Positions 36,900 through 50,200 of a stretch of 64,000 bases of DNA are shown here, in pieces. Source of the stretch: Entomortierella parvispora E1425. Lineage: Eukaryota > Fungi > Mortierellomycota. A program made the position numbers and the translations under genes. A model generated the notes under the pieces. It saw nothing but the letters and a program-made list of their open reading frames with translations, ran no database searches and was not told the origin of the DNA. The first letter of the stretch is position 1. The number at the start of each line of letters is the position of its first letter. The stretch covers positions 1,302,001-1,366,000 of the forward strand of contig BQFW01000005.1 of the NCBI GenBank assembly GCA_020891255.1, read 5' to 3'.

Positions 36900-39800
36900 T
36901 TATCCAAAGAGGGCGCGCAAGATCAAGTACAGGGTCGATCCAATGAAACGAATGGCACTCAGACCAGCCACAGACCAGAAGATCATGGACAGGTAAGGGT
37001 TGAACATCTGGTTCTTGCTCAAGGCGGCGCCAACGGCTGGTTGGCCGCTCGACGTGACCATGGTCATGACAATGATCAAGGCCGCGTTCGTGAACATCCA
37101 GGTAAGAACCAGACGGGTACGGAACATCTTGTAGTAATCCTCCTGCTTTGTCTTCTTGTCACGCTTCTCCTTCACATGGTCAGGACGAACAGAGAGCTCC
37201 TGCATGTTCAATTGATAAATCGCATCGACATCCTCGCGAGACGTGGGCTTCTCCAGCTTGATGACCTCTTGGCCATCCTTGCCCGTGACCTTGGTTGCAC
37301 CTCCCAACTCCGCGGCCTTGTTGTCTCCCTTGGTTCCCCAAGAGACATCGTGCGTGTTGCAGAAAGCATACACCATCAAGATGTTGATGTACGCAGGCAA
37401 CAAGAACAAATAAGACAAGAAGGAGGTAATCATATGCCAGGGCTCAAAGTGCATGCACGATGAGATGATGTACAATCCATAGGTCGACAGCATGGAGATG
37501 ACTGTGTCACGGAAAGGCCCCTGCACCTTCATCAATTCGATCATCTCGTGGTAGTCACCCCAGACGGGTGATACAACCGCGTAGACTGTGGCACCGGCAA
37601 GGTAGAGCATGAATCCCATAATAACGGCAAACATGAAGATGACCAGGATGAAAATCATGCGCGAACCCTGAGGACGATTTCCAAGAGAGCAGATAAAGAC
37701 AGTGATAATGGCAGCCAAGTAGACCTCACGCATCACCTCGAATGTGATGTTACCCCATTGGCCAAACGGTCTGAAGGTGACGCCAGCACTGTCACCAGTG
37801 TTGCCGGCAGCCTTGGTCAGGAAGTAGAAAGTCAGGTAAAAGTTGGCCAGCGAGAACCAGTTGAAAACCAAGTTGATGGCGCTGTACAAGAACTCAACCA
37901 TGAGGATAATCTTGCGGAAGAAACCCTGGCCAGAAGTCAAGATGCGGGTAAAGTGGGCCAAAGAGTAGAAGGCAGCAAAGAAGGATCCGTTCAACCAACG
38001 ACGACGCTGCGAGATGAACTCTCCGATTGAATCAGGGACATCGGTCGAGGCCTTGGCAGACTTGACGTATTTGAGCAACCATGCCTCGTTCTTCTTTGCA
38101 ACCAACTCGAAGCACAGAATACGATCCTCGGCCAAGTACATGTTGGACTCAAAGATACCAGCGTCACCAGAGGTGTGCATGGTCTCGCCCTTGAAATAGG
38201 ACGAAAGAGGTCCCACGCCTGGCGATGAATCTCGGAGCGCCTTGTATCTGTAGGCAGAGAAGGCTCCTGGCAAAACGGAAATATAACCAAAAACCGACTC
38301 CAAGGGCTTATCCAAAATGTTGGACATCTTGTACTCAAAGTTCTGGGAAGCGACCAAGGGGTTCAACAAGTTGGAGCAGTTGGGTCCAAGATCGGCGCAA
38401 ATCTCTCCACAGGCACCTCCGATAGACGAATCGCGGTCAAAGGCCTTCCAGAGATGGTAGATACTGGTTCCTGAGGGCTTGGTTCCGACATCGAGCAAGA
38501 TGCAGACGTTGGGGTTGAGCTGAGGAGCAAAAGCGTTGAAGAACCAACGATGCGAGTTCAACTTCTTCTTGTTCTCCTCCTTCAAACAGAAAAGGATTTG
38601 AACAGGAACAATACCGCGATCGGCGCCACGGATCTTGAGGTCCTGGTCTACCATGACCTGCGAGGTGTACTCGTAAATGTGAGCAGTGACCGGCTTGCCA
38701 GCGACCGTATCCTTGGCAATGCCCTCCTGGTAGGCACCCATGGCAGCGAGAACCTTGAGCACACGGGGGTGGCACTTCTTACGACCGTCAGCCACAACAC
38801 AGACGACGACCTTCTTCCAACCATCCTTACCCCAAGTCTTGGACTTGGCTCTCGTGCACAGATGGGCAATGTTCTTCATAACGGAACCCATGGTCTTGAT
38901 GAACAGTTCATCATCCTCGTTATACATGGTCATGACAACAAAGAGCTCGGTCTGGCGCTTGTAGATGGTGGGTCGAAGAGTATAACGCTCCTTGAAAAAG
39001 TCGTTGGGGTCACATGTGGCGGCGGTGTAGCGCATGTACTCGAACTCGCGTTCACCCTTGAAGTGCACGTTTTGGAGGAGTTGATGAGGGACTGGGCAGT
39101 CCATGACCAGGTTACCATCGGTCAGAGGAACATGGACAACCGACTATGACAAGGGTAAATAGATTGAACCAGCATCGCGTTAGTAGGAGAAAAATCCGGG
39201 TTGCTAAACTTGATCATGCTCAACGGAAAATCATTTGTTCGTCATCCACGCCTCCCACAAGGTGTCCAACAAGCAAGGCCAAAAAAACCCCGTCGTTATA
39301 AATAAAGGCACCACGCAAAACAAGGCTCTCAAACGCAAAGAAAGGAGCATCTTGCACCTTTTCAGGATAAGGGAGACCCATCGTGGAGAAGTAAAGCCAC
39401 ACTCTCGCAAGACGGAGAGTCCAATCCTGTTCTGAGAGCTGCCTTCCCATCTTCACGAAAAGGGAAAAAAAATGAAGATGAACAAAAAAACAAAAAAAGT
39501 CAAGGACCTACCCTGCGGTTCATCGTTGTTGCTCTGTCGAGTTTTGAGGCCATCCTGGGCATCAGTCCATTGTTTCCGGAGGGTGGAGGACGACCACCGG
39601 CTCTGCCTTGGTTGCTCATCAAGCCGGCGTTGTCATCCTCGTCAATCATGTCGTATCCTTGGTGGCCAACATAGCCGCCACCGATGCCTCCATGGTAGGC
39701 GCCGGGGCTGCTATTCGGTCCAGGGTAGCCGACGGGCTGCTGAGGGGGGTATGCCTGGTTGTTCATGGGTGAAGTGGGTGATCGCTGACTGTGGTTCGTT

Positions 39801-39934
39801 GGGGAGCGGGCTGGAGGTCCCGCGTAGTAAGGTTGCTGAGGTTGGAGGGGCTGGCTGCGAGGAGAAGTTGGGCCACCACCGTATTGGTTTCCTTGAGGAG
39901 GAGGGTATTGAGAGTTGCCGTTGTATCGGGACAT
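36900..39934 (-). CDS. chs: Chitin synthase, division 1 (class I/II-like), GT2
   Basis: complement(join(36900..39143,39512..39934)). [30 protein letters not shown]-type motif ([13 protein letters not shown]), [40 protein letters not shown], multiple TM helices. Confidence 0.95.
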
Positions 39935-42520
39935 GGTAGGAAGGGGCGACACGCGTGCGGGGGCGGGGAGAGGGTTTTATAGGATTCTAAACAGAAGGTC
40001 ACAGTCGATGTGTGCTATCCCTGTTTCATACAGGAGAGGAGACGGGCAGTCGTATAACAAAAAGGGTCAGCATGGGTACATGGGCGGAGATGATGCAATG
40101 CATGATGAAGCAATGGACCATGGCGTGAGACCACAGAGCTGATTGCATGAAGGACCCACTCCCTCCCCCATGGGACGAATGCTTACCTGATTGGACGAAT
40201 GGAAGTGTCAGATGAGAGAAAAAGGAAGGTCTGTATGACTGTATGAGAGGACTCTGCGGGGTCTGGCGGTTGCGAGAGAAATGAATTGAGGCGATATGAA
40301 TGCAGGGGGGAAGGGAAGGTACAGCAACGGATTGCGGCAGGGAAGAACGGGAAGGAGGAAGGGGAAGGAGGAAGGGGAAGAGGAATGAGGATGAAGGTGA
40401 TGGTGGAGGTAGGGGACTCTTGCGGGGTGAAGAAAAGAGAAAAGAAAAAAAAAAAAGGAAAGGAGAAGAAGAACAGAGGCAGTTCATTTTCTTCGCTTGT
40501 TTTGTCGTCCCTGTTCGTTTCGTGCTCCCGTCTCAATGCAATTTGGCGGTTGGACACAAGCAGACAAACAGACTTGCACCAACGGCCGCGCTCATCTTCC
40601 CTTTAGAGTCTCTGGGTGGGCGGGGGAGGAAATATGGATTGGAAAGGGCAATAATGCGGCCTCATAACCTAATGACAACCTAAATGTGCTTTTGGAGTAG
40701 TGGACTGTCTCGTCTCGACCTTGAAGGATCTGGGCGTCTGTGTGATGGCTAGTCCTTTTCTTCCTCCAAAGTGTAGCTGGTGGGATTGATGTTGCACAAA
40801 TAAAAACAGTCTAAATTTAAAGATGGCATGCTACGAACCGGGTACATGCCCATGCCTCTGTCCTTGATGGACTCGATCTCCTTCAGCCGCTGAATGCATG
40901 CTTGACGCCATTGAAATTCTAGGAAATGAAGAGATTGGGCCTGGCGCTTTCATCGAGCCCCCCTTTCAATCGGAAGAAAGAAAGGGTTGGCAAGACAGCA
41001 CCAAGACAACGATACATTGCGATGGAATGGACCGCCACTTGGCGGATACATCGCCCAAGGCACATGCCCTCTCTGTTGTCCGCCCTCCCCATTTGAAAAT
41101 GTCTCTCGCAAATTAAGCTCTGCCGGGCCAGGCACACTCCGATAAATTTGGATGGGCCAATCAGAGCGCGTGAAGGAAATGAAATTTTCTTTGGCTGCCC
41201 CTGTTTGATTTCTTGGATGGCGCCGATGGTACGCTCGCTCCTCACTTTTGTTTTATCTGCACCAGCGGCAGAGGTTTTTTCACAAGAACGTGCTCCCAAG
41301 CGTGTGGCTCTGCTGATGCCGCTCCGTCAGTCTTTCGTGGTGGCGGTGCGATCACCAGGAAACTGTCCGGTTACGTTAAAATGCACTGTCTGGACTATTC
41401 AAAAGGAGCCTCAAGTTTTCAATTTAGGCGGTTACAGGCCCTCTAATGAATCCTCTTACCGCAGCCAGCCACTTTTTTTGGACCCTACTCCATGAACCAA
41501 ACGTTCAGAGAGATCGACGTTTTGTTCCATCATACTTCAGGGTCGTAAGACTCACCCCTTCGTTTTATTTCCCGGGACAGACGCTTTGCTCCATCACATC
41601 CTTGTTTCACCTACGCAAGTGTAAGAGACGCTTGAACATTGACCTGGGATTTGTCAGTCGTCATCGCTAGCTCTTGTCGCTCGTAATGGAGATTGGCCAA
41701 GCTTTTATTTGAACACTCTTGGACGTCGAAGATTGTTTCAACACTGAGCGCCTATGAGGTCGAACAGTTGATTCACAGGACCTCCAGTTGATATCCCTCA
41801 GCAGCTGCTTATCCTATCCCAAGGTTGCTCACGCACACCCAGCCCCTAGAATGCCTTGACAAAGCACTAACCACAAAACAGAGCTTGCTCCACCGCTGTG
41901 GGCTGCTTGTTTGTTGGTGCGGGAGAACGAGGACAGCTCAGGGTGAACCTGGTGGATTGGCGTCACCCTGCCGTGGGAACAGGGCGGCGTTGAGTGGGCA
42001 AACAGAAGGAGCTCTTGGAATGGGCACTGCGAACGCAAGCAAAGGAGGGGAGGCGTCCGAAAAGGGTGATTAGAGTCCATGTGGTACTCGATTTGGGTTG
42101 CACCTACAACACCTTCAAGGTTTTCTATTCGTCAAGGGCAAAAGAAATCGCTCAACCCTCTCGTTCACAGCAGTGACTCGATGCTGCGATCAAGCTTTGC
42201 ACCAAGGAGCAACTAAAGTCTTTCTGCGCCGCACATCCCCCTGCCAACTTGTTCACCCTTACCATGAAGAATTTAGCAGGGGTCGACCAAAACAATCTGG
42301 CCTAAATACCATGCGCCTTGCCTTCTGAAAAACACAGTAGTGGCAAAGTGACTAGGCGGAAATACATTCTAAATATACACACCTCAGCCAAGGACGCCTT
42401 TGACTTTTTTCGGCTCTCCCTTGTCCACCTCCCTCACACGACAATTTCGAAAAGAGAAACACCGAGGCTCAACAGAGAGGAGATTGAAGAAATAAACAAC
42501 AATGATGCTGGTCGTGTGAG

Positions 42521-42527
42521 TATAAAA
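42521..42527 (+). promoter_or_regulatory. TATA box of Cys-rich paralog 1
   Basis: TATAAAA in context GGTCGTG..TATAAAAC, conserved upstream of paralog 3. Confidence 0.55.
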
Positions 42528-42750
42528 CAGAAAGAGGATTTTTTTCTGGTCGTGTGCCTCTTCTGTTCTGATATTCCCTCTTTCCTTCTTTCAACAGCCA
42601 CATTGCATCCCTCGGATCCTCTTCACCCCTTTTCTCTCTCTCCATCCCTTTTCTCTCTCTCCATCCCTCGGATCACAACTCTCCCCACCCCAAACACAAG
42701 TCATCAACCACCAAAAAAAAGCGCCTTCCACTGCACTACACATCACCACC

Positions 42751-43152
42751 ATGTCCGTCAACAACACTGCCTTCATCTGCCAGGAATCTTTCCAGCCCAA
42801 CAACGTCACCTCCTGTCTTCGCTACACCAAGCTCAAGAAGTGCGTCAAAGATGGTCAAGCCAACCATCTCAACTTTCTCTGCGTCGACGCCAACTCGATT
42901 GCTGTCGGTGGATCCGTGACTCCAGCACCCGCCAACATGACCTTGACTCCCTTCATGTGCACCCTCGAGTCTTGCCCAACTCAGGCGCCAGAAAGCAACT
43001 CGACCAAGGGCAGTGGCGATGGAGGCAAAAAGAACAGCACCAGCAACGGCAAGAGTGCAGGTACCAGAGCATCAACGGTCTCTGAAAAGACTTTGACCCT
43101 CTCTGGCGCCCTCGTCTTGGCCTTGCTTGTCTCCCAAATGGTCATCTTCTAA
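42751..43152 (+). CDS. Small 6-Cys protein with C-terminal hydrophobic tail (paralog 1)
   Basis: 133-aa ATG ORF; Cys spacing and C-terminal LVLALLVSQMVIF shared with 45627-46013; several N-x-S/T sequons. Confidence 0.8.
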   Translation: MSVNNTAFICQESFQPNNVTSCLRYTKLKKCVKDGQANHLNFLCVDANSIAVGGSVTPAPANMTLTPFMCTLESCPTQAPESNSTKGSGDGGKKNSTSNGKSAGTRASTVSEKTLTLSGALVLALLVSQMVIF

Positions 43153-44356
43153 AGTTCTTGAAGGGAAACTCTTTTTCTCCCCATTCCTCCTCTAATTTCT
43201 TTCGACTCCCAGTCCTTCTTGTATAACACAAAACTAACACGACTACATTCATAATACAACCAACTCTACCGGGTACCACCATGTCATAATCAAAGTCAGA
43301 GTAACATCATCCGGCAGCGGACGTTCCAATAAAAAAAAAGATTCTCAGAAAATCGCGAAAGATCTTCCGAGACTAGCGTGAACCTGTGAACTCCACCTTC
43401 AACGAGCCGACATACTCTCATTTCATGTTCCTGGAAGAGAATAAGTATTAAAGTATTAATAAGAGCCTGGTTGTTTTCATGGCCACTTAAGACAGGGTTG
43501 ACAGGGGATATGAGAAGTAGGAGGCCTTTAAGCGGCAAGACTTTTCGATGGAGTCGGCCTCACTGTTCTACATCCATTCTCAATAGCAAATACACGTAGT
43601 CGCTCGTCAGTGACATTACCTCGCGCCGTTTCTATACCCCCATCGCCGAAAATGTGATCATTGCTCTTTCAGCAATAGACTCTTAGAAACTAAAGACGAA
43701 TGGAAGCTGGGTGGCTGCCAGCAAGGGGAGGGAGACTCGAATGTCTATCTGGGAAAGCACTAGCACTATTGTCTTTGGGAGATTTCTGGGCGTGCGGGAT
43801 TTCCTCTTCGCCAACATTCAGTCGCACTACGGGGTTTGTTCCGGGTAGTCTCGACCCAGCCCTGTCTCCTCGCTACGTGACCTGCCCGAGGTGGCCATGT
43901 CCTCGTAGAGGGGAGTTTTTTTTTTTTTGAGATGTACTCATAGAGGGTCTGGAGGAAAATGTGGCCCCGGAGATGATGCTACACGCCGTAATAAAATCAG
44001 CAAGTTGGTAACTTCGATCAAAGAGGATGGGCACAGAGGAAGAAAAGTACCTGCACTCACTCGCCGCTCACCTTCCCGCCGGCGTGGGAGATAGTGACGA
44101 GTCCACCAAGAAGGGTAGTTGTGGACCATGTGCCCAGTTTAGCTCGCCTACTTGGAAAGCCAGAGGTCATTATTGCTCGCTCATCAAGAAAGTTTGGCCT
44201 CGCCTCTTCTCGCTCTGTTCCCGAGAGCAAGAACTCTTGCGCTTATTCACACATTTCTTGTCTGCCTTCACAAATGGATGACAGGACGTCCCTAAACACC
44301 GTGCTCCTTCGCCCGCCCCAAAAATCGGCGAAGAGAAAAGTTTACGCCACAGTGGT

Positions 44357-44650
44357 CTCCGCTACAGATCTGCTGAGAAGTGCATTGAAGAGGGTGTAGC
44401 CAACCGTCTTCACTTTGTCTATGTTGAAGGTGATCCCCATAATATTCCCGTCATTGGAACTTCTGTACCCTCTCCAGACAACTTGACGCATCCGTTACTG
44501 TGCTTCTCCAGAGTTGCCCAATTCAGGTTCTGGACGACAATTCGACCAATAACTCAGTCGGTGTAAGCAGGCACCAAGGCATCGGTGATTTCTCGAACTA
44601 TCTTCGGAGTCCTCATCCTGGCCCTTGCCATCCAAATGGCCCACTTCTAA
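44357..44650 (+). pseudogene. Frameshifted third paralog of the small Cys-rich protein
   Basis: Not called by the track. Reads LRYRSAEKCIEEGVANRLHFVYV...PSPDNLTHPLLC / LQSCPIQ...NST / AGTKASVISRTIFGVLILALAIQMAHF*, with two frame changes and no clear start. Confidence 0.75.
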
Positions 44651-45441
44651 GCTCTTCAACGAGAGCCTTTTGTTCCACTCTTTTCCCTTGATCTTTTGAC
44701 TTCAAAATCTATACCACACATGTCCCTACACGACCATTCAGAATAACACAGTTCACCGTGTTCTACTCTCCAAGCAAACTCAGAATGACGCGACTAGGAA
44801 ATGGCAATAAAAAGACTCTCAAATCAGCAATATCTTGTGATACCAGGTATATCATATACAGTCACGGGAGCTCGCAATTCATTCAGCGGTCAAGCTCACT
44901 TGGTGGATACCAAAAAAAACCCCCTATGATCTGGTTGATTACCATGGCCGGTGATAAAGCTGCACAGGTGTATGTTTACGCAGTAAAAATTGAGAGGGCG
45001 GACTCTGAGGGACTTATATCAACGCCCGCCAAAAGCGTCCAGTGTCCAGAGAAGGTGATTCGGTCCATGTGGTGCTGCATCCCGAGGTTTTGTTCATGAC
45101 AAAAGCCCTGCTGCAGGCTCCCTCGCCCCTTCTGTTATTCTTGAGAGCAATTGAACTCATCTTGTTCTGTCCATTCCCAGGCCAACTCTGCACTCCTGCA
45201 AAAACAGACCGGAAAGGGTCGATCAAAACAAGACAACTGTGAGCAGTGCGTATGTTCAGCCCTCGCCAGAATTGGCGAATGGGCTAAAGCCCATGCCACA
45301 TGCTCACTCCCTCGTCCAATGATGTCTTCTACCTCTTCGATACTCCCTTGCCCATTTTCCACATCCTTCCTCTCCCAGCTGCAGCACAAAGTCGAACGTC
45401 AAAAATGATCAGAGTGGGAAAGGTGCGCATGGTCGTGAGGA

Positions 45442-45448
45442 TATAAAA
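45442..45448 (+). promoter_or_regulatory. TATA box of Cys-rich paralog 3
   Basis: TATAAAA in context GGTCGTGAGGATATAAAACG, matching 42510-42530. Confidence 0.55.
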
Positions 45449-45626
45449 CGAGAGACTCTTTTTTTAGTTGAACGGGGTTTCCATTCTTACACTTTTCTGT
45501 CCAACAATCCATTACATCCATACATTCTTCATCCTGAATCCGAGTCTTCTACACTCTCATCCAACAGATATACTTCACCAATTGCCAAAGAAGCTCCCAT
45601 ATTCAGAACACATTCACTAGACTACC

Positions 45627-46013
45627 ATGTCCTCCGCAAACAACGACACCTCCTTCATTTGCCAGGAATCCTTCCTGCCCAACAACGTTTCTACCTGCCT
45701 CCGTTATATCGATACCCCTAGTTGTGTTCAAACCGGTCGAGCCAGCCATCTCAACTTTGTCTGTGTCGTAGCCGACCCTCATGTGATCGGTGTCTCTGGA
45801 TTCTCCCTACCCCAACCAGACAGCTTGACATCGAGTCCGTTCTTGTGCACCCTTCAGAATTGCCCTATTAGAGCCCAGGACTACAACGCAACTGCCAGCG
45901 GCGTAGCTGGCACAAACGCAGGCACTGCGGCATCAAAAGTGTCCAAAAGTTCTTTGACCTTCTCCAGCGTCCTCGTACTAGTCCTGCTTGCATCCCAAGT
46001 GGCCCTTTTCTAA
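45627..46013 (+). CDS. Small 6-Cys protein with C-terminal hydrophobic tail (paralog 3)
   Basis: 128-aa ATG ORF; FICQESF.PNNV..CLRY....CV..G.A.HLNF.CV...PF.CTL..CP shared with paralog 1. Confidence 0.8.
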   Translation: MSSANNDTSFICQESFLPNNVSTCLRYIDTPSCVQTGRASHLNFVCVVADPHVIGVSGFSLPQPDSLTSSPFLCTLQNCPIRAQDYNATASGVAGTNAGTAASKVSKSSLTFSSVLVLVLLASQVALF

Positions 46014-47446
46014 ATCCCTCAAGGACAAAAAATTTACATAAAACAGAAATTTACACCCAAGGGCCTTGTCATCATCAAAGTTAAAGTAACAACACCTAGA
46101 ATGGGTGAGATGTCCTCCAACAAAAAGAAAAGAAGCCTCGAATCGCGACAAGACGTGCAATCTGCATCTGTCTGACTTTATTTGGACTCGATTGTCGCAC
46201 ACACCTATCTGAAAGAGAGCGAAGGCAGTGCTGCTGACCCTAGAGCCATAGATGCCTAAATTCACCAAGCAGTCTCAATAGAAGTATCAGGCACCCACGC
46301 TGAAGATCTGCCCTTGATTCTCACCATCCCGATAATTGTTCAGGGAGGTCTATTCTCTTAAAATCCACAAGATACCCTTGCTTTATCATTCAATCTAGGC
46401 TTTTGTTTTGGATCCAACTGTCCACGTTCACGAGTTCGGTCTGAAGACCAGCATTTGCAAAGAGATATTATTAAAACACGAAGTGTTGTTTATTCCAATG
46501 CTTGATAAAAGTCTGTACAACTAATAGCAATAAGCTTAACAGGTTCCACAAACGGTATACGATTCCGAAGCGCCTGATCATACAAGTTCATTGCATTCTT
46601 GACAGATCTGCTGACACTTACGAGTACCGACATCGCAAAATGACTCTCCAGTAGTGGCTGTAACCGGCTAATTTTTCTTAGGCGGTCAATTGGTTCGCAC
46701 TAACAGTTCTTCGCCAGCTAAACTTGACCGACGAACTTCTTGGTTAAGCAAATGGTTGTTTTGACGTTAATTTCGCCGAAGTTTTAGTCAGCGGGAGACA
46801 TGGTCAAAGAAATCTTAGCCCGCGGTTAAATGGGCCATTAAGGGTGAAATGGAGAGTTTTTGTCTGTTCTTTCAGTTGCGTTGCACTGATTGAAGGTATT
46901 GCACTGTTGTGAAGCACAGAGGCGTCTGGCCTTTAGCAATGGTGTCCGACATTTAAAAGAGAAAACTTTTTGTTTTTTTCTTCGTCAAAATCGCGTGTGA
47001 TCGTCTGATGGACGAGGCAGTGGAGATTTTTTTTTTTTTTTTTTTTTGCAACATTTTATTTGCTATGTCGAGCCAAAGAAGTGAAGTGCGAGACCAAACT
47101 ATCTACAACCTGAGCAAAGCCGCGTGGTCCAGACGACAAATGACCCCGGATCCCCGCGCAACAAATGCCACGGCTCGTCACCGTGTAATAAAGAAGAAAA
47201 CAATGGCACATTTGACGATTTGGGAAATAGTTGTCATTTTAATTAAGGGCTGCGGTGACGTCATATGTGTGGCATGGAAATGGCACAATTGCTTCTATGG
47301 CTCGGAACGTGACTTCTTGCTTGACCCCTTCGAAGTCCGACAAGGCCCGCCATCGTCAATCGAACAATGGACAATGGACAATGGTCAATCGACAACTGGT
47401 CAATCGACGCGCCGTTGACTTTAAGTCCCTTTATTTGATCCATCCA

Positions 47447-50200
47447 CTACTGACAAGTCCGCCCGGTGTTCCCTGAGATAAGACCCTTGATCTCCAACAC
47501 AGTGTTTCTTAAAGCCGCCACAGTACTTTTGAGATACTCCAAGGTACATTTTCGCCCCTTTCTCGCCTCCACAGTCGCAACAATTTGATTCGCCATATCT
47601 TTCAGTTCCGCCTCATTGTGTTCAAATTCAGCAAGGACGGCCTGTTCTCTGGCAGCCCTACGAGCTTCTTGCTCCTTGGCCCGCTGTTGGTCAAGTTGAA
47701 GCCGGAGCAAGGGACCAATCCCTGCTTCCAGATCGGGACCAAAGATGTCTAGGTCTTGGTTGGCTTGCTCCAGGGATTCCCCAATAGCAAGCTCATCAAC
47801 AAGCACATCCTCGGGGTCGTCAGCTGGCTCTCCTGTGTATGATATCTTCATGTTTTCGTGAAATCTTTCCACAAGGTACATGTGCTTACATGGCAACAGA
47901 TGTTGGCGGTAATCAGAGCATGTGCATGCAAGGATGAGATTGAAGTCTCTATCTACACGGATTGAATACCATGTAGCTGCAGATCGAAAGGATTGAACAT
48001 CAAACTAAGGAAGTGTAGGGTGATAATATGAAGCTGTTAAGCAAGTGACCGTGATGAGAGCAAAAGAAAAACTTGCAACAGCAAGTGGAGGTACCTTGAT
48101 GGCAGGGAGCTGTAATCTAACCATCTGAATCGCAGTGGTATGCTCCAGACCCATCGCTTTACTCTTTTCTTTCTTTGTCATACGTCGACAGTGGTCTCTC
48201 AACAAGATTTCGGGAGATTTTTGAACAAAGTGTCCTGAAAATCGATATCCACTTTTCCTTGCAATATAAACACCAAGTCATCGGCACGTAAATTACGCCT
48301 CTTTTGCAAATGCCGTCTCTTCAATGTCTTGTGCCAGGACTCCACAAGGTTGTTAGTATTTGTATGTTGATAGTCCTAGTTTAATTTGAAAGAAGTGCTG
48401 AAATGGTTAGAGAGTAAAGGTCATACAAACTTGACTCGACTTTCAGTCCTTCTGCAAACCATGGCCTACTTTACTTTTCTTATGTACAGCACCCACTTCA
48501 CTTTTTTCTCAGGTGTCATCCATGCTCTCAAGTAACTGATCATCTTGTCGTATTTTTTTGTATGTTTCTGTGAAGCTGTCCCATCTTCTAGCAAGCTCCT
48601 CCTCAGTTTCGGCGGTTCGGATCCGTTTCAGTGGCCCACGTAAATCATTACAGACTTTGACCTGTTGCAACATGAGAATTAATTGCTTCATCACAAAATC
48701 TGTTACCCGGGCGGCAACGCACTTTTCTCACACACTTACTCCGTACAGTTCCTTGGATTTCCTCTCCCACGCTTGAGCAACATGGAATGTACAATAGTAA
48801 ATATCTACCGAGGTCATGAAGGCCTGATATATCGCTTCTGACTCCGCCTGGGAGCAATCCACCATGAATTTGGTTGCATTGATACCACAGTGATCGGAAA
48901 CCCATTTTAGCCAGAGTCTCAGAGTATTTCTAAAAAAAAAAAAAAAAGGCCATTTAGTTCATTGTTGCATCCTCAGAATGCAATGGATCAGTTGTGGTAT
49001 ACTCTGAAACTTACATGGATTCTGAATTGCAGACCATAAAAGCCACGGGCACTCCACAGTTTGCCTGACGATCTCGGACAAGGAGGGTGAAAAGGTACGC
49101 GGAAGGGCACGTTTTTTTATCCTTAGGATCAGGTAACAGTGATTTAACTGTCTTGTGAGTAGAGTCCATGCACACGATCCCCGTGTTCCTAGCCATAATC
49201 TGGTCAACGAAGTAACATGGATAGTGTTTGTAAGTGGGAGTATGGTATGGGAAACACAGACATCAAAAAAGCAATGCCTACCTCCAGCTGAAATTTGGTA
49301 GACCAGGCAAAGAAGTAATTATTGTCGATCCCTGATACTTTCGGGACGAACGTACTCTTGCCACCATGTGCTTGAATATCATTCATCCAAAGTTTGATAC
49401 TCAGGGTGGGGTTAATACTTTTACGGGACAAAGACGTCTTTGAGCGGTAGATGGCAGATTTTACATGCTTGTATTTCATGTATGCAGCAGGGCTCAACGG
49501 GCTTCCTGGTGTCGTGCTCGCGAGCTAAATCACAGCAACGGAAATATGAGTACATCAGTTGGAAATACCTCTTCACTGATTAACGTTCAAAGTCTGGGAC
49601 CTTGCTTACCAAGGACATCGCTGCCTGGTTAACTGGACGGAGAAGATCTTTAATTGAAGTCCACCTCTGGTTGTTCTTTGCCTGGGACTTGGTCCACATC
49701 AATTCGTTTCTGCTCAATGGAATTCTGGCTCGTGCTTCCGCGGAGTCGTCATGATTGTGTCTCCATTGATACTCTACAACCACAAGCTCTCTCCCTACAG
49801 GCTTTTTTCATCCGGATAGAAACAGGACATCTCTGTCCAACGGATGTGCGTTTGATGGTCAAATTATCATTGATCTGCCTGTACCTTCTGCATGTGAAGC
49901 GGAAACTCCAATCGAACCTCTTTTGTCCCCCTGGAGCGCTACCAAAGGGAGGTGCAGGGCGGTAGGTTGGAAGTAAGGCGTTTGGGTCACCTTTCAAGAG
50001 ATGGTGATTGCATCCTCCTTCAACACGATGTTCAATTGAATTGCTGTCCGCTCTCGATGCCAAAACGTTTTGAATTCCTCGATGGAGAGTGATGCCCTCC
50101 AGATCTCGTGCTCCTGAGAAATGTTGTTGGGCGTGTATATCTCGCGGGGATCAAAGTCCTCGGGCTGCAGGAGGATGTCCTTCACTCGAAGGCTGGCCAT
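47447..50200 (-). CDS. MULE (Mutator) DDE transposase with N-terminal Zn-type DNA-binding region and C-terminal SWIM finger; spliced, four 1-nt frameshifts as assembled
   Basis: FTC...CPVSIRM...WRHNH (WRKY/GCM1-like); CMDSTHKT (D1); KFMVDCSQAE (D2); YYCTFHVAQAW (CxxH); TNTNNLVESWHKTLK (E); CTCSDYRQHLLPCKH (SWIM). Several GT-AG introns. Frame slips near 50065, 49803-49808, 48218-48222 and 48165-48168. Confidence 0.88.

Noticed and set aside
42318-43085. 255-aa ORF overlapping Cys-rich paralog 1
   Set aside because: Starts at TTG, runs through promoter and CT-rich DNA, and is not conserved in the paralogs.
46681-46700. Alternative left terminus GGCGGTCAATTGGTTCGCAC with a TTA duplication against 55070-55096
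   Set aside because: Only a 10-bp core matches and needs a gap; a 3-bp TTA TSD suits PIF/Harbinger rather than MULE and is likely chance in AT-rich DNA. Not excluded.
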